Source: the human T2T-CHM13v2.0 reference genome, Homo sapiens. From it: 64,000 nucleotides of DNA. Below the pieces are notes generated by a model that saw nothing but the letters and a program-made list of their open reading frames with translations, did not search any database and was not told where the DNA came from. How positions within the stretch are numbered: the stretch's first letter is position 1; each line of letters starts with the position of its first letter. Below are positions 11,561 to 25,702 of the stretch, piece by piece. The DNA lies in the NCBI RefSeq assembly GCF_009914755.1, contig NC_060929.1; one strand, written 5' to 3'. Position numbers and translations under genes: made by a program.

Positions 11561-14502
11561 CAGATCCAGAATTCAAACATGGTATCTTTGATATAGTGCA
11601 GTAGCAGTAGCTCTTTGGCTCTGAAGCAGATACTACTTGAGATTTTTTTTTCTCTTGGAAATCTGCCTAAGATCATCTGAAATCAGATATAGCTTAGCCA
11701 ACTTTAGTTATCTGAGAAAATTTTTCCAAATAACATTGATCCACTGTGTTATGACATCTTGGTTTTCATCTGGACAGAAACACATTATAAATGAATTTAT
11801 TGGGTCCCCTTAACTTCTTCACGCAGGAGAATGGCGCATTTCTCATTTACCATTAAGATCAGTTACATGTGTTTCCATGGCACATTGTTCAGAAATGGCC
11901 AGAGCAGCTGGGTAGTGCAAGGAATGGCTGCCTATGGGTGGAACATTGTGTTTCAGATCCCCAGTTGTTCACTCTTTCTGGGGCAAACAGTCTCATTTGA
12001 AGGTTATTTTCTCAGGTGAAATAGACACAGTTTCATCTGTTTTAGCCACTTACACAGAAAGACAGGAATGTCCTAGGATTCCTAGAGCAAATGACATGGC
12101 AAAGTGTGTTCAGGGCCTCAGCTAGCCTCACCGCATGTGGAACATTTCTGGTTACTATCTACATAACAAAACGGAATAAATCATAAGGTTTTAATATGAT
12201 TAAAATCTAGACTTTTTATTCTTTCCTTTTTAGTATTTCTCTCTGATGAACAATTTGATGGTGAATATCAAAAGCTATTGGAATTTAGTACATTATCACT
12301 CTTGATGCCTTATATTTTTAAGATCCAGTGAAAGAAAGGAAGAAAAAATACCTCCTAATTGATTCTTTTTTATCTTTGCCAAATACAGTAACTCTTATCA
12401 ACTAAAATCACTAAGAAATTAAAGCTGATTAGGGAACATTAGGAACGCTGTCAATGGATTTTTAAAAATCAGGGAAAAAGTTTCAGCATTCATTAAGCCC
12501 TCAGGGGAGGAAAGATGTATTCTAGCAAATCATAACAATTGAAATGTATTTCTATTATTTTTTTTCTGAAGAAGCTTCAAGCACTTACACTGAATTCCAG
12601 AATGCTTCAACTTCCAACTGATAGAGTGTTAAACACTATGAAGAATGTTAGTGTGGGAGACAGAGAAAGAACAGCATTTTTTATTTTTGTACAGTCAACT
12701 AGTTGTTTTGCAGAAAATAATTTTGATAATTTTATATGACCTTGAACATTTACACATATTTCATGGGGAGCTTAGAAATAAACATTTTGATATAATATTG
12801 GAGTTAAGGTTTAATAAAAGGGGAATTTATTTCCTTCAAAAAGAGCCTAATTACAGAAAATTAGGAGATTCAAAAAGTAGTCAATGGAACAACTTTTGGA
12901 TCATGGGAAGCTTCACCAGATAGTTCTCTACTTCAGTTTCTGCAAAGATGGTTTTGTCAGAGGAAGCAAAGAGGCTGGACTGCTTACTGAAGTGTGAAAA
13001 ACAAAGCATTAAACAGGCTACTTTAACGCATCTCAGGCCATCCTGAATTCATTTGGAGTGTGGGTAGGAACCTAAAATCTGGCTCCAGAGCAAAACCCAC
13101 ATGGAAACATTATCAGAAAGAAAATTTCTTTCCATATATCAGAAACTTAAGATCAGTAAGGTGAAAGATTTTGCAGAATAGTATGGGAAGCAAAGCAGAG
13201 GAAAATAAGAATAAAAGTGAGCCATCTCAAAATTGGTTTTTATGTAAGAAGTGAAAAGGCAAATAAATCCCCTTGAAAAATATATCTTGTATCTACCATA
13301 ATCTACCCTTCCTTGAATCAAGCTGTCTAGGGATTGATAAACGTATACCAAAATAAATCCAGCCTTCCCAATGTCCTCATTTCACATTTATACAACTAAC
13401 CAGTACTTCTTTATCTCTTAGCTGTTCTATGGCTGAAAATAGAATTTAGGGTTGATAATGCCCAGATTTCTAGGCTATGAAGCAGTAGCATATTTGCAGT
13501 GTTGGGTCTTCCATTTGTGCATGGAATCCCTTCACACTGTCTTCTCTTTCTATAGTGTCAGAACTGCCTGCCTTCCACAGTGTGTTTTGCCATGTTTTGC
13601 TGGGTGCAACTAACTGTCTGTGTCATATCACTCTCCGAAGCATTTCCATGTAGAAATACAATGTCGTAATAATGCAAAAATAATTTAACTTTTAGTGCTT
13701 TTAAAAGCAGATAACTTATATTTGCTTTGATCATGCTAGTATGGTAAAAAGGAACAAAATTTGTGTAAGAAGACATATACTGTCTGTAGAAAAGACAAGA
13801 AATGCACAGCTTATATTTTAAGCTCACCAGAATTTACATTTGTTATTAAATATGATGCACTATTTTGGAAGCTGATTTTCTTGGAAAATAAAGGCTTGTT
13901 TTTGAGAACAGGTAAAAAGTATAAAATAAACCCAAATTAGAAATATGTAACAAGAAAGTCTACTACAGCAAGAAAAATCTTACACTAAATTAAATATTAT
14001 ATCTACAAGTAGGCATCTTATAAAAGAAACTCCTTACCATACACAGTGGTTATGTTACTAAATATTGCCTGAGTTTGGTGTTACTTTATTTATCTGGCGT
14101 TTTTGTTGGCCAAGAGAATATTTTTCAGATTAAGATATTTCCCAGTTAATCAAAGATCGTGTTAATGAAGAATGTAAAATTGTTTCCCTTTCTGTCTAAC
14201 ACCACAGACTGTCACATATTGAGTTCTTGCCTTTTCTCTTTCATGCTCTGATATCAGAATGATTGTTTTTGATGATAGCCTTTATAGTGGCACAGGTATT
14301 ACTTGCTTTTTTGGATTTGCTGTGGGCTGTTTGAATTTTAATTTATGCTGTTAATAGTGTGCCTTAACATTAGTACTGCATTTTTTTAACTTGCAATTTT
14401 GTTATTTTCCTTGGAATGCGTATTTTTGGTTTACAGATGGTGTTGGTCACAAAAAAGAAATCTAAATTGGTAGAAACTCAGACTTTTTTTCTTTCATGAC
14501 AG

Positions 14503-14925
14503 GAGGGGACAAAGAAGCTGAATTCCTAGACCAGTCTATCTATTCGAACACTTCATCAATTGTATCTGCAAAAATATTAATCAAGACACAAAGTTCAAAC
14601 CAGTAGAGCTGCTGGCTTATTCTGGGCCTACAGTCCCATCCTTGAAATTTTACTTTCTTTTTGTTGAGCTCCTTGAATTTGAGGAAGGCCAAATGTGAGA
14701 GAGGATGATGAAGAAAGGGTAAAAGTTGCTTGTAGCTGGGCATGGGAAGCTCCAATGCCACCACAGAGAAAAGTCTCTACCAGCTCAGGAGCTTGGAAAG
14801 GGCCCTGGTGGAGGAGAATTTGCATAAGGAAATCACCAGCTCTAGTACACTTGTAGCATGTGACAGGAAAAATTTGTCATTGGCTATTTATGAATTAAAT
14901 CTTAATAAAATCCCTAGGTCTTCCC
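14503..14925 (+). ncRNA. Candidate 3'-terminal exon
   Basis: Acceptor ctttttttctttcatgacag (CAG GAG NAGNAG); unique sequence; ATTAAA 14894 and AATAAA 14904; 3' end approximate. Confidence 0.45.
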
Positions 14926-15403
14926 TAACCAAGCACAAATGTCTTAAGAGGTTACCTATAATTTTGAACATCCTTTCAGGACATTTTCTGCATAGTTAAT
15001 GTGGGCAGTTGTGTCTAGGCACAGGACAGATTTACTTCTATGTCAATATTTAAGGCACTGTATATGGCACAGAGACCCCATTATTCAGTGAAAATATGGC
15101 CTATTCAAGGAGATGAAAGTTTAGTGAGAATCTTAACTAGGAAGACAACAAAGTTACTCTATCAAAGAAATAATTTAAATGACTTTGAAGAGAAAATAAG
15201 ATTTTTTTTTAAATGGAAAGTTTATTTTCCAACCTACAAGACAGTTAAATAGTTAGCATATCTCTTAAACCCTAAATTTTAATTTAGCACTCAGAGTGAT
15301 GTCACTGATAGTCTCTAGCTCTTAATAAATGCAGTTCATCTTCTCGTGTGTCAGTTTTCTCATTTTAAAAATTAATTATAATGATATAACAGTCTTTAAA
15401 TGA

Positions 15404-15724
<321 letters not shown>

Positions 15725-18299
15725 TAGCATAATAGTAACACATTTGATGATACATGAACAACTATAGGTAGAGCTAGAGGTAGGAAAAAAATGAAATGAA
15801 ATTATTTCCCTGGCTTTTCCTGGGTTGTAACAAATTCCCAGAACATTTGAACCCTCCACTGAATCTAGGTTTATGATATAAAATTGAAGAGTAGAAAAGG
15901 ACATCTTAGGAACAAAAGTACAAAGAAGAAAGGGATACATCAAATTGGTGAGTGAGCAGAAATAACGACATCCAGAAGGAATTTTCTACCCTGACTCTTA
16001 TTTTTTAGGAACACTTTCTACTCCGCCTCCCTGACTTCTGCCTTCCATCTTAAGCCCTAGCTTATCACCAACACTAAGTGTAAAATCAGTTTGGAGACCA
16101 GGGGAAGTGAAATATAATTTATTCAGCAAAAATTATAGAGATGGTTTAAGGAAGGTAAAAGTAATTTCATAATTTGGAATTTGGCTAGCAAATAAAAACT
16201 AATATCCAACTCCTTTTCCCATTTCTATAAAAACATTTACAGTGAGGAAGTCTTTAGCATGACTAGGAGTGAGAATCATGATTTCATATCTCCTGTGAAT
16301 TGCAACAATTGCAACAATATTGTTGAATATTGAAGCAATTTTCCAGTCCTGCAGGGATATGTAAGAGTTTTTAAAAGCAGAAAAAAAAAGACACCTAGAA
16401 GCAAGGTCAGACAGGAAAATAACATTTTAAGGGGCCACTAAATAATTTTTGAAACCCCATTTGAAATTTATAAACTGATCATTTAATGGTTTTGGCTTTT
16501 ATAAATATGATGTGTATTCTTGTTTCTTGATTTCTATAATCAAATGATAAAAGATAATATAATATAAATAGCAGCAGATAATTTTGGACGTGATCATCAA
16601 ATGAAGTTTTCTAGCTGAAAAATTGAAGTGGATGCAAATATACAAAGGAAGTTTATGCACGATTTTAGACTAAAGAACAATCCATTTGACCAAAAGACAT
16701 CTTATTATTTGTAATAGATGACTTCAATTGCAATCAAATGACAAATGTAAGTATTATATGTACATTTGATTGTCATTTGATATTATATACATATATATAC
16801 ACTATCCAAATATATTTGATTTAAAGAAAACTATCATAAAAACCATAGTTAGAATTCACTTTAGCAATTAAGTACAATGATTACACAGCAGCTGTAAGTC
16901 AAATGATTCTATGATGAACTACACAATTAGATATAAAAATAAACTGTGATAGCTAAAGACCTTGAAGTACAACTTTAAAATACATTAAGTAGTATATACA
17001 CTTGATTTTAATCTATCAAAAATTATGTTAATTGTAATTTCAGTTATATATTACTTAGAGCAGTCTATCAAATCACAAAATGTGCCTCTGCAAATTTTAA
17101 AAATCACTTGAATTTTAGTTTTTGTGCCTGCATTCTCTCCTTACACTATTTTGAAAATTGCCAAATTAGTTGTCTATTTAGTAGTAAGTATAATGTGGAG
17201 AAAAAGCATATTGCTAAAATGTATTTAATCAGAATTTGTATTTGCATCCCTCCATAACACATACCTTGAGGTATTTTCTTGATCATGGTATTAAAATTAA
17301 GTATTAGGTTCAGCATACACAAAAGCTAAAAAATATGAGAATCATAAACAATAAAGCTCTCATAAGATTGTTATTGATCAAAATATTAAATCATTTTGGC
17401 TTTTAATCTGCTGAAAGTACACACTGAGAAATATATTTTGAGCTTCAGAAAATTTGTTAAATCCAGTTTAATATATAATAATTTCATCGTAAGTGATAAA
17501 AATCTGTACCAGTTATTTTTGGTAGAAACTTTATTTTCCAGTGTATATAAGTAACTTTTGTCCATAAGTAACTTTTGTTAATTCACCATACTTCTAGACT
17601 GAATATGTTTAAACAAGTTACATTTCATCTTAATTTTCAAATTATAATCATGGAATGTCTAATAAATCTTAATGCCAGTTATTGCTGTCTGAATTAAATT
17701 GCAATCTTTATTGACACATGGAAAGGGAGGGGGGTTTCTTTCCTTGCTGAGAATTATATTGTTCTGGTTGTTAGAATTATAGTGTCACTGCTTTGTTCAA
17801 AGCTGGTCAGGGCAAGTTTCTGAACTTGGATTTATTACCACTTACTTGTCTTAGGTCTACCACAACCTCAAAAGTTGTGACAGAGACTCTTCAACTTATA
17901 CCTTAGCAAATTAAAAGGACAGGAACATCAACAGGGACTCTCGGTACAAACAAAATTTAGGAATATTTATTTGTGCAAGAGAAAATATGCTCTGTGGCTC
18001 TGTGCCACTTAAAAAAAAAAAAGTAGTCTTGCTTTAGGTTTCAATTTTCTCAAATGGAAGAAATAGACAGAATATGTCCCCTGGATTTTATGTTTGTACT
18101 ATGCCAAAGAAAATGAGCCAATGCATCTGAGTGGTTAAGCATTAAAGTATTTTTGAGCAAATTCCCCATTTTTTTCCTGCAATTGATTTTTTCCTCTAAC
18201 CTTTAAGTTGGTACTTTTTTTTTTTAAAACTACATTGATGCTTTTCTATTGCGACTTTACCTGTCTCTTCCACCCCCACCTTTCTCTTTCAAAGCATTT

Positions 18300-18575
18300 T
18301 TTTCAATCAGCACATGAGGTTCTGAAATAATACTTAGTCTTGGCTTTTCCCTCAACTTTATTCAGCAAAGCTACTGACTTGAACAAAAGCAGTACTGTAC
18401 CTGCTCCTGGCCGCCAGAAACAATGACGAGCGCCTTGATAAGATTAGATGTAATTTTAAATGCAGCAGGGACAAAGACTCCCTCCCATTCGCCCCACTCC
18501 TAACCCCCTACTGTAATTCCACCACAGAGAGCAGTTGAAAAATCCCGGGACAGAGCCAGACTGCTTGGTAAGCGC
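18300..18575 (+). promoter_or_regulatory. Candidate enhancer / alternative promoter with 5' splice donor
   Basis: Locally CpG-retaining unique DNA; AACAATG (SOX), TGATAAGA (GATA), ACAAAG; donor TTG|GTAAGC at 18568. Confidence 0.4.
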
Positions 18576-20145
18576 CACCTAACAGACATAGAAACATGAT
18601 CTGCATCATTTTCAGGCTTGGCAGACATTTTGTGCATAAAAAAGAGAAGAAAAGAAAAGAAAAAAAAAAGGCCATCTTTGAAACCAGACACAAGCAAACT
18701 TTGTACATTCCCAGTTTTATAGTTTCAAGAAGGACTTTAGAATTGAAATAATCAAAGAAAAAAAGAAATTATGTTGAAAATGTATAACATCAATTTAATT
18801 TAGTTTTGTTTTTGAGCAGAAATATTCTGACTATATCTAAGTTAAATTTTGCTATGGATTGTTTAGCGTTTTCATCTTTTGGAGTAGGCATAAATGTTTG
18901 TGGTTTCTTTATTAATCTAAGAAGTTAGGTGCCCAACATGCATTTTTTTTTAAACTGGTGAAAATTTATTTTTTAATTTTGTGAGAGTATCAATGAAGTG
19001 TCCGTGTGCTTTCCTTTTTCTTCTGTTTTTTGGATAAGAAGCTTAGCTTAATAGATGTCTTTACATATATGTATTTATTTGTTCTCACCAAAAAACTTTA
19101 TTGACTCCTTCATACCTCAATATTGAAATAATAATTTAATCTTGGTCATATTCCACTCTCTCTCTCTTTCTCTATCTACCTATCTATTGCAAAAGCAAAA
19201 CACTGATATTTAGATTTTAAGAGAAGAAATTATATGAACAAGGAAAATATATTTGTTTATTTAATTATACAGATATAACTCACTTTGCACACACAAAGGC
19301 TTTCATAGCATTATACTGTTTGAATTTCTGTGAAACAAATCATCTAAACTGTGCTATATAAACTGTTTTTAATCTAAGGTAACTCTTTTATTAGGTGGAT
19401 AAGATCTCCTTAATCTGTCAGTCCTAAGATGCTTTTTTGGTATCAAATGTTCTTTATAGGAGGTATGGCAGCATGCTGAAGAAAAGTCAGATGTTGAAAC
19501 TGGATAAAGAGTCTTAACCGACCACATTTGAGAGGCTTACTAATCTCTGAACTTCTGATCCCATAGTAGTAGGTATTTTTGAGTTAATACAAGAAGACAA
19601 ATCTCTACACTTACCTAGTTATGGAAATTAGTGGTGTTCAGAGCTTACCCATTAACCTGACAAATACGCTGCATACATGTGCTGTTATTACCCTTATTTC
19701 TTGTCATAAAGTTTCAGAAAGCTGAGAAAATAACTTTAGGATATTAATCCCTATACCAACTCACCCTACATTTATATTGTTTTTTCCTCTGAGAAATGAG
19801 AGAGGCCTAAACAATAAGAAATTTCACAAGATTTCAGTTAACTAGATGCCACTACGCATTACCAAAATGTATTATCCTTGAAAGTAGTGAACTATATTGA
19901 TTTTTAAGTTGTTTTGGTGGGAAATAAAGTTTTTTTTCTTTCATTCTTCCTCCCTTTCCCCTTGTTTTTGTTTATTCTTCAACCTGCCATTAGTGTTACC
20001 AAACATCTTCAGTGCTCTTCTTTCTCTCTTTTGTTTCTTCTATCTGTTCTTGGTAAGATGTGGATAGGTCCTCCTGACCACCTGTTCCCAGGTGCTCAGC
20101 AGCCTCTGGAAGTTTATAGATCCCTAGCAATTTTCATGAGCAGTT

Positions 20146-20230
20146 CTTCTCTCTCCCGCTCCCTCCCTCCCTCCCTTCCTTCCTTGCGTCCTTGCTTCCT
20201 TGCTTCCTTGCTTCCTTGCTTCCGTCTTCC
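20146..20230. repeat. CT-rich simple repeat (CCCT/CCTTGCTT units)
   Basis: Seen directly. Confidence 0.85.
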
Positions 20231-23200
20231 TACAATGTACCAGACACTGTCTTATGGGCTGGGGATTAAAGAAGAGGTGGGTACAATGTAGTTCCTCCTC
20301 TCAAGGAGCTCATAGCCTTGTGTCAAGGGAGTCATGAAAAGAAGCAATCTCTGCTTCCAACCTTTCTCTTACACTGTGCCTCCGATCAAACTGAAGCTTC
20401 CCATTTTTCCATTCCTTCTATCTACCAGGAACTTGAGAAATGAATGCAAGCTAAAATAACTGATAACTTTTAAAGTATTGCTCATCTTTGCATTTAAATT
20501 TTAACTCTTGGCCTTCAAAAGTGGAATACGTAGTAAGGGCTTTTGTCAGTAAAGAACACAGATGAAGAGGAGAGATATTTTATATCAGAGAAACTTTCTC
20601 AGAATCTCTCAATCATGATAAAAATGTATTATACTTAAGATTGGCCCTATCCTCTTGGTCCAGAATTTATATAAATCTCTCTGAATTCAAACTCAGAGAA
20701 ATTCATTACAATTTTCTAAATTTACTATTTGTTTTTTACATTTATCATTTTCAGTATATACTTTGTATGAAAAAAAACTAGGTCAAATAACTACTTATAT
20801 GCCAATAAATACTTACCATTAAACAATGAAACTTAGATATTGAAATAATTGTTTTCTGTGTTACTAACATATCCTTGTAAAAATCAAAGATGATATCCAC
20901 CAGATTCAGAAAATCTGTGCCTGGAAACTCTGTCACCTGTTTTCAGTATATTCCTGCTAGCATTATTTTAATTATTTGTCATGCTAATATTATAAGATCC
21001 ACAAAAACAAAAAGAATAAAAATTAGAAAAAAGAACAAAATTTTATTATATGCCTAGCATTCAGAGAGAGAAATTCTTAACATCTTCTTTCAACTTTTTT
21101 CTATCCAAATATTTTAATATTTTCATACAAGGGAGATAATAGTGTACATAGCCATTTTTAGCCATTTTAACATACCAATATATATTGCAAGTATTTAAAA
21201 TACACTAGAAGGATGATACTTAACGTTTGTAAATATGTTTCTACTTTTTAAATACTGCATTGTGTGAATGTAGAATGTATTAAGATCATCCCTTTTGTTT
21301 CTTGTCTTCCTCTTTCTCTATTTTCTATTAGACTAATGTCTTCTATTTTGGCTCTTTACCCTCAGTCCTCCATGCCTTTTTTGGTTCAGCCCTGTCTAAA
21401 TGGAATGCCCTTTCCCCCTTTATCTGCCTGTCTGGAAATTGTGTTCACTCTACAAGACCCAGGTGATAGGCCCCTTTCTCAACAGAACCTCGAATTCAGC
21501 TTCATCTTCTGCATTCCTATCATGCCTTTGGGGTGCTTTCTTTATGGAATTTATCACACTCTGCGTATGAAATGACATCAGCTGGAGCAGAATCAGATTG
21601 TGCAAGTGTCCTAGGGGTCTGTCTTGCATGCTCTGGGCAGAGCAGCCTCTAGATGGCATAGAATGTTTTAGGAACTTCTTACTTGTCATGAAAAGCAGAG
21701 GACACTGGAGCAGCTGCCTGGCTAAGTTGTGTAATTTGTGTCAGCCCAAGGAGCCCTGTGTGAGAAGATATGAATCCTCATAATAACTGAGGTCCTGGAT
21801 AAAACAAACCTGATTGCAGTACTGTGAGTCCCTCCAAAGAGATTCAACTGGAGGAGATCACAGCTCCCAAAAAGAACATCACTGGTGAGTTGAGAGAAAC
21901 TGACTAATATGGGTGAAATGATAGAGAAGCCAGTGGCTACTGTTGTATCAAGAGACTGTGCCTGACTTGGCCATGCCTGGCCATCCCTGCTACGTTCTGG
22001 GAAGGAGACTACCATCTGTAAACAGAAAGACTTGCACCACAAGGGACATACAGAGTTTGCCGTGGAAGTCACCCTGAAAGAGTAAGTCAGGCTCAAGACA
22101 GAAGTGCACATCTGGAATGCAGTCTTCATTCTGTTGAGGTCCCTGTGCAATTTACTCTGGTCACTAGAAGCATGGAGATCAGCTTGGGCAGGAAAATGCT
22201 GGTGGCAGAGTGCTGAGGTCCAGGGTGCCGAAGGACTGAGTAAGTGCAAAAGCCCGAGCAGAGGGATCCTCTTGGAGAAACTCCCTCCTCAGTGACCCCA
22301 TTTGGCCTTCTTAAGATTCCTGGAGGGGTCCAAAGCAAAGATCACACTTCCTCCAGGCAGAGTGGTAAGATTTAGGGTATGGCTGTCAGTGTGATACACA
22401 GATACACACAGAAATGACATCTTTTTTTACCCTTGCACATCCTGTGGCAACTTAGTATGATGTCATACATATACCCAACAGATCTACTTATTTATTACAC
22501 TCACAGATATTGCTAAGGCCTAAAATATATCTGGCATTATTCTAGGTAATGGGACAAAAATGGTTAGCAAAAACCAGACATAAGTTTTGCCCTCATGGAG
22601 CTAAATGTTAATTGGGCTATAATTCATGCAAATAGATTTACATTTCATTATTCTCTTATCTCTCCATGCAGGCTATTTTGAAATATAGCAACACATGTTT
22701 CATTTAACTTTTATAATATGCTCTTAAAAATGTGGAGAAGCAAGCAATGCTAAAACATAAATAAGCTAACAGGTTACAATGTTGTTAGATAAGTTAACCC
22801 TTTGGAAGCTATATTAATTTTTCCAAGTCCCTAGGCCAATTACTTGCTTTGGAACCCTAAATTGTCATGGGCAAGTGGGGAAATGCACATTTTGTATATA
22901 TGCAATGCAATTTATTTGGAACTGTAATCCTAAATCTCTTTTCTTTGATCTGACCATGAAACATAAAATGAACATTGATAAATTACTTTGGATTAAATTA
23001 TTTAATAAATATTATTAATTTCTTAATGTATTCAAGATCCTATGCTTAATTCTGGGAGAGAACAGGAGGTGAATAAAATAGAGTTCCTACTGTCAATATA
23101 GTATAAAAACTAGTAGATTTGGCCAAAGATGCAGTCTTTCAAAATTAATGAGCTGCAAAGTGCTACTTTCCCCCACTGTTGGCAGATCAGAGCCTTAATC

Positions 23201-23554
23201 CACAGTGCTCAGTCTGAATGGGAGAGAGGACGAGAAGGATGTGCTGGACACAGCAGGAGACAGTGTTGTCCAGATAAGCACAAAGTAGTCTCAGGATGCC
23301 CGGACATTCGTTTGTGCATAATAAATGTATCCAAGGTGTTTCTATTTCTCACTTGAGTTCTGGTATTTTAAAAATCATAAATAGTTGAATTTTCTATAAA
23401 AATAATGAGAAAATGGACAGTAATTAGAAAAAGAACAAAAGCCATCTCTTTCCCAAAACTCTATTTACTCCTGCAGATAGCTTAATCGCAAAAGTAACTA
23501 GCATGTATATATTTAGCATGTATAGCATTTCATGTTTCATAAAGAGCAATCACA

Positions 23555-23660
23555 CATTTAATCTTTGTAGCAATTCTGTGAGCCTGGTATTATATCTTCA
23601 TTTTATAGATGACAAAACTGGGCTATAGATATTAAGCAATTTGCCAAATTTGACTAAGAC
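23555..23660 (-). mobile_element. MIR
   Basis: cattttatagatgacaaaactgggctatagatattaagcaatttgcc core. Confidence 0.65.
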
Positions 23661-25093
23661 ATGATAAGATTTTGGTCAGTAAGCAGAAAGCGAACATATA
23701 AACAGTAACCACTTATTTTTCTCCCACTTTGGGCAAAACACAATATTTCTAGGTGTTTGTGGGAGATGCTCATGTTATGGATGTCATGACCTCTGTCCAC
23801 AAAGACTGGTCACTAGCAGCGTGGATGGGCGTAAATGAAACCACATATGTAAAAGACATAGATCATCATATTAAAAAGTGTAAAATAATATAGTGCAAGT
23901 TAAGGTCATAAATTCTGAGGTCATATGGAGTAATACTATAGCTCAGTGAGGTTAATGCTATTAATACTGGAGATATTGCTTTCTGAATGTGTAGGAGAGG
24001 TGTTGGGTGACTACCTTTGAGTCACTAGAATTTTATCACAAAATAATAGCAGAGAAACCACGAAAAGTGGATGTCTCTGAGCAGTGGAAGGGCTTCATGG
24101 AGAGGCATTGCCTTTTATAACTTCAAATTTCATTACTAGTGAAATGAAAAAGACAGGAATTAGAATGCCATTACATTTTTTTTAACCAAGTAGATGATAT
24201 TTTCCATATGAAAAAGTCCGTATAAATATTTATAAATAAGTATGAAAGATTATTTAAACTCATCAGATTTTAAAGCAGAACATTCCTTAGTCTGAATTTT
24301 CTGAGCCAGGGTAGAAAAATGGATCCTTCCACCACTTCTTCTCTCTTCTCTCTGGGTGCTTGAAGTAAATTGTACAGGGATGCATATTCCCTTCTAGAAA
24401 AGCCTTAAAGAAAAGGAGAATGCAATACTTCACCTCCATGTAATGCAAGGTGATACTTTTTAAAGTAGGGGTTTTATTTTACAACAGACCTACAGCATAT
24501 ATTCTCACAGGTGTCAAACTGATCTACGCCAAGAGGTTCTGAGATATATGCTAATCAGGTCATGAAGTTTTTAAAGAGAAAAAGATTTGAAAAGGGGAAA
24601 AAAATTTTCCTACATCTCCTAAGCCCCAGGACAGCTACTATTTACATGGACAGTAATGAGTTATGCAGGTCAAGGCATCTCAGCTTGCTGTTCGTGGAGA
24701 AATAATAAAAGCAGGCTTTGCTGAAATAATTTTTCCATTAGATTCCCATCCTTCAGTTTTGACTGAAAACAAAATATTTATGAAGGTGTTAAACAAGGAA
24801 GTATGCTTAAATGTAGACAGTTGAGTGTGATTTTTTTCTTTCATTTATTTTTGTAGCCAACAGTTTTATAGACTGATATTCCTTAAAATTTCTATTCCTT
24901 GATTCATTCTTCAGATATTTTGCCTAGATGCTAGCTGATAAGGTCCAGGGTAATAATCTAACATTTGAAACAATATTGGCTTAAATCCCACCAGCATACT
25001 CCCGAATTATAAGCACAGAAATCAAATATTTTGGATGATGTCATTGGCTGAGTATTTTTTGTTTCATAATTTTTTGTTTTATGTATTCATTTA

Positions 25094-25231
25094 TTTTTTA
25101 GAAACAGGGTCTTAATCTGTTACCCAGGTCTGGTGTGCTCACTGTAATCTTCAACTCCTGGGCTCAAGCCATCCTCCTGCCTGGGCTTCCCAATGTGCTG
25201 GGATTACAAGCATGAGCCATGGCACTTGGCT
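25094..25231 (-). mobile_element. Old Alu monomer (FAM/FRAM/FLAM-like)
   Basis: gaaacagggtct...caactcctgggctcaagccatcctcctgcc...gctgggattacaagcatgagcc. Confidence 0.85.
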
Positions 25232-25702
25232 CCAAGTTTTGTTGAATTTTAATGTTCTCAATGAACATTGCTTTTGTGAATAATGTTAAGATCTCATGAT
25301 ATGTCACACTATTTAGACCTATTATTTTGTCTTTAAAAACTGTTAGATACCATGTTAAGTGGAAGCCAACAGGGAGTCTCAGTCTGACCTTCTCATTAAT
25401 TTAGTCTACGTGTGACTTTACCCAGGTCACCTAGTTTGTGTCTTGGTTTTCTTCATGTGTCCAACAATGCAAATAAAAGCCCTTCCCTAAGTTATAAGAT
25501 TTGGAAAACATGCAATATTATTTGTAAATGGAATCTGAAAAAAGTGAAGCATTCACATACAAGTGATATAGCATAAAGTATTCATTTTAGCTCTTTGTAT
25601 TAACCAGAGTATAATACACGATGTTATTGATACTATCCCTGATACCTTAAAATTTATTTAAAAGTAAAAATATACTTTGGCCCTGTGGAGATCCTAAGAC
25701 GT

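Noticed and set aside
14540-14825. Minus-strand ORFs suggesting a processed pseudogene
   Set aside because: No recognisable parent protein, poly(A) or TSD; + strand exon signals explain the region better
16615-16746. Possible coding exon ending AAT|GTAAGT
   Set aside because: All frames from the nearest acceptor contain stops
17547-17578. 15-bp direct repeat ATAAGTAACTTTTGT
   Set aside because: Ordinary slippage duplication
19914-20291. 125-aa hydrophobic ORF
   Set aside because: Built from pyrimidine-rich simple repeat and an L2 tail
21722-22249. Longest ORF (175 aa, minus strand)
   Set aside because: Non-ATG start, no recognisable domain and no coding-like composition; probably chance in a GC-richer block
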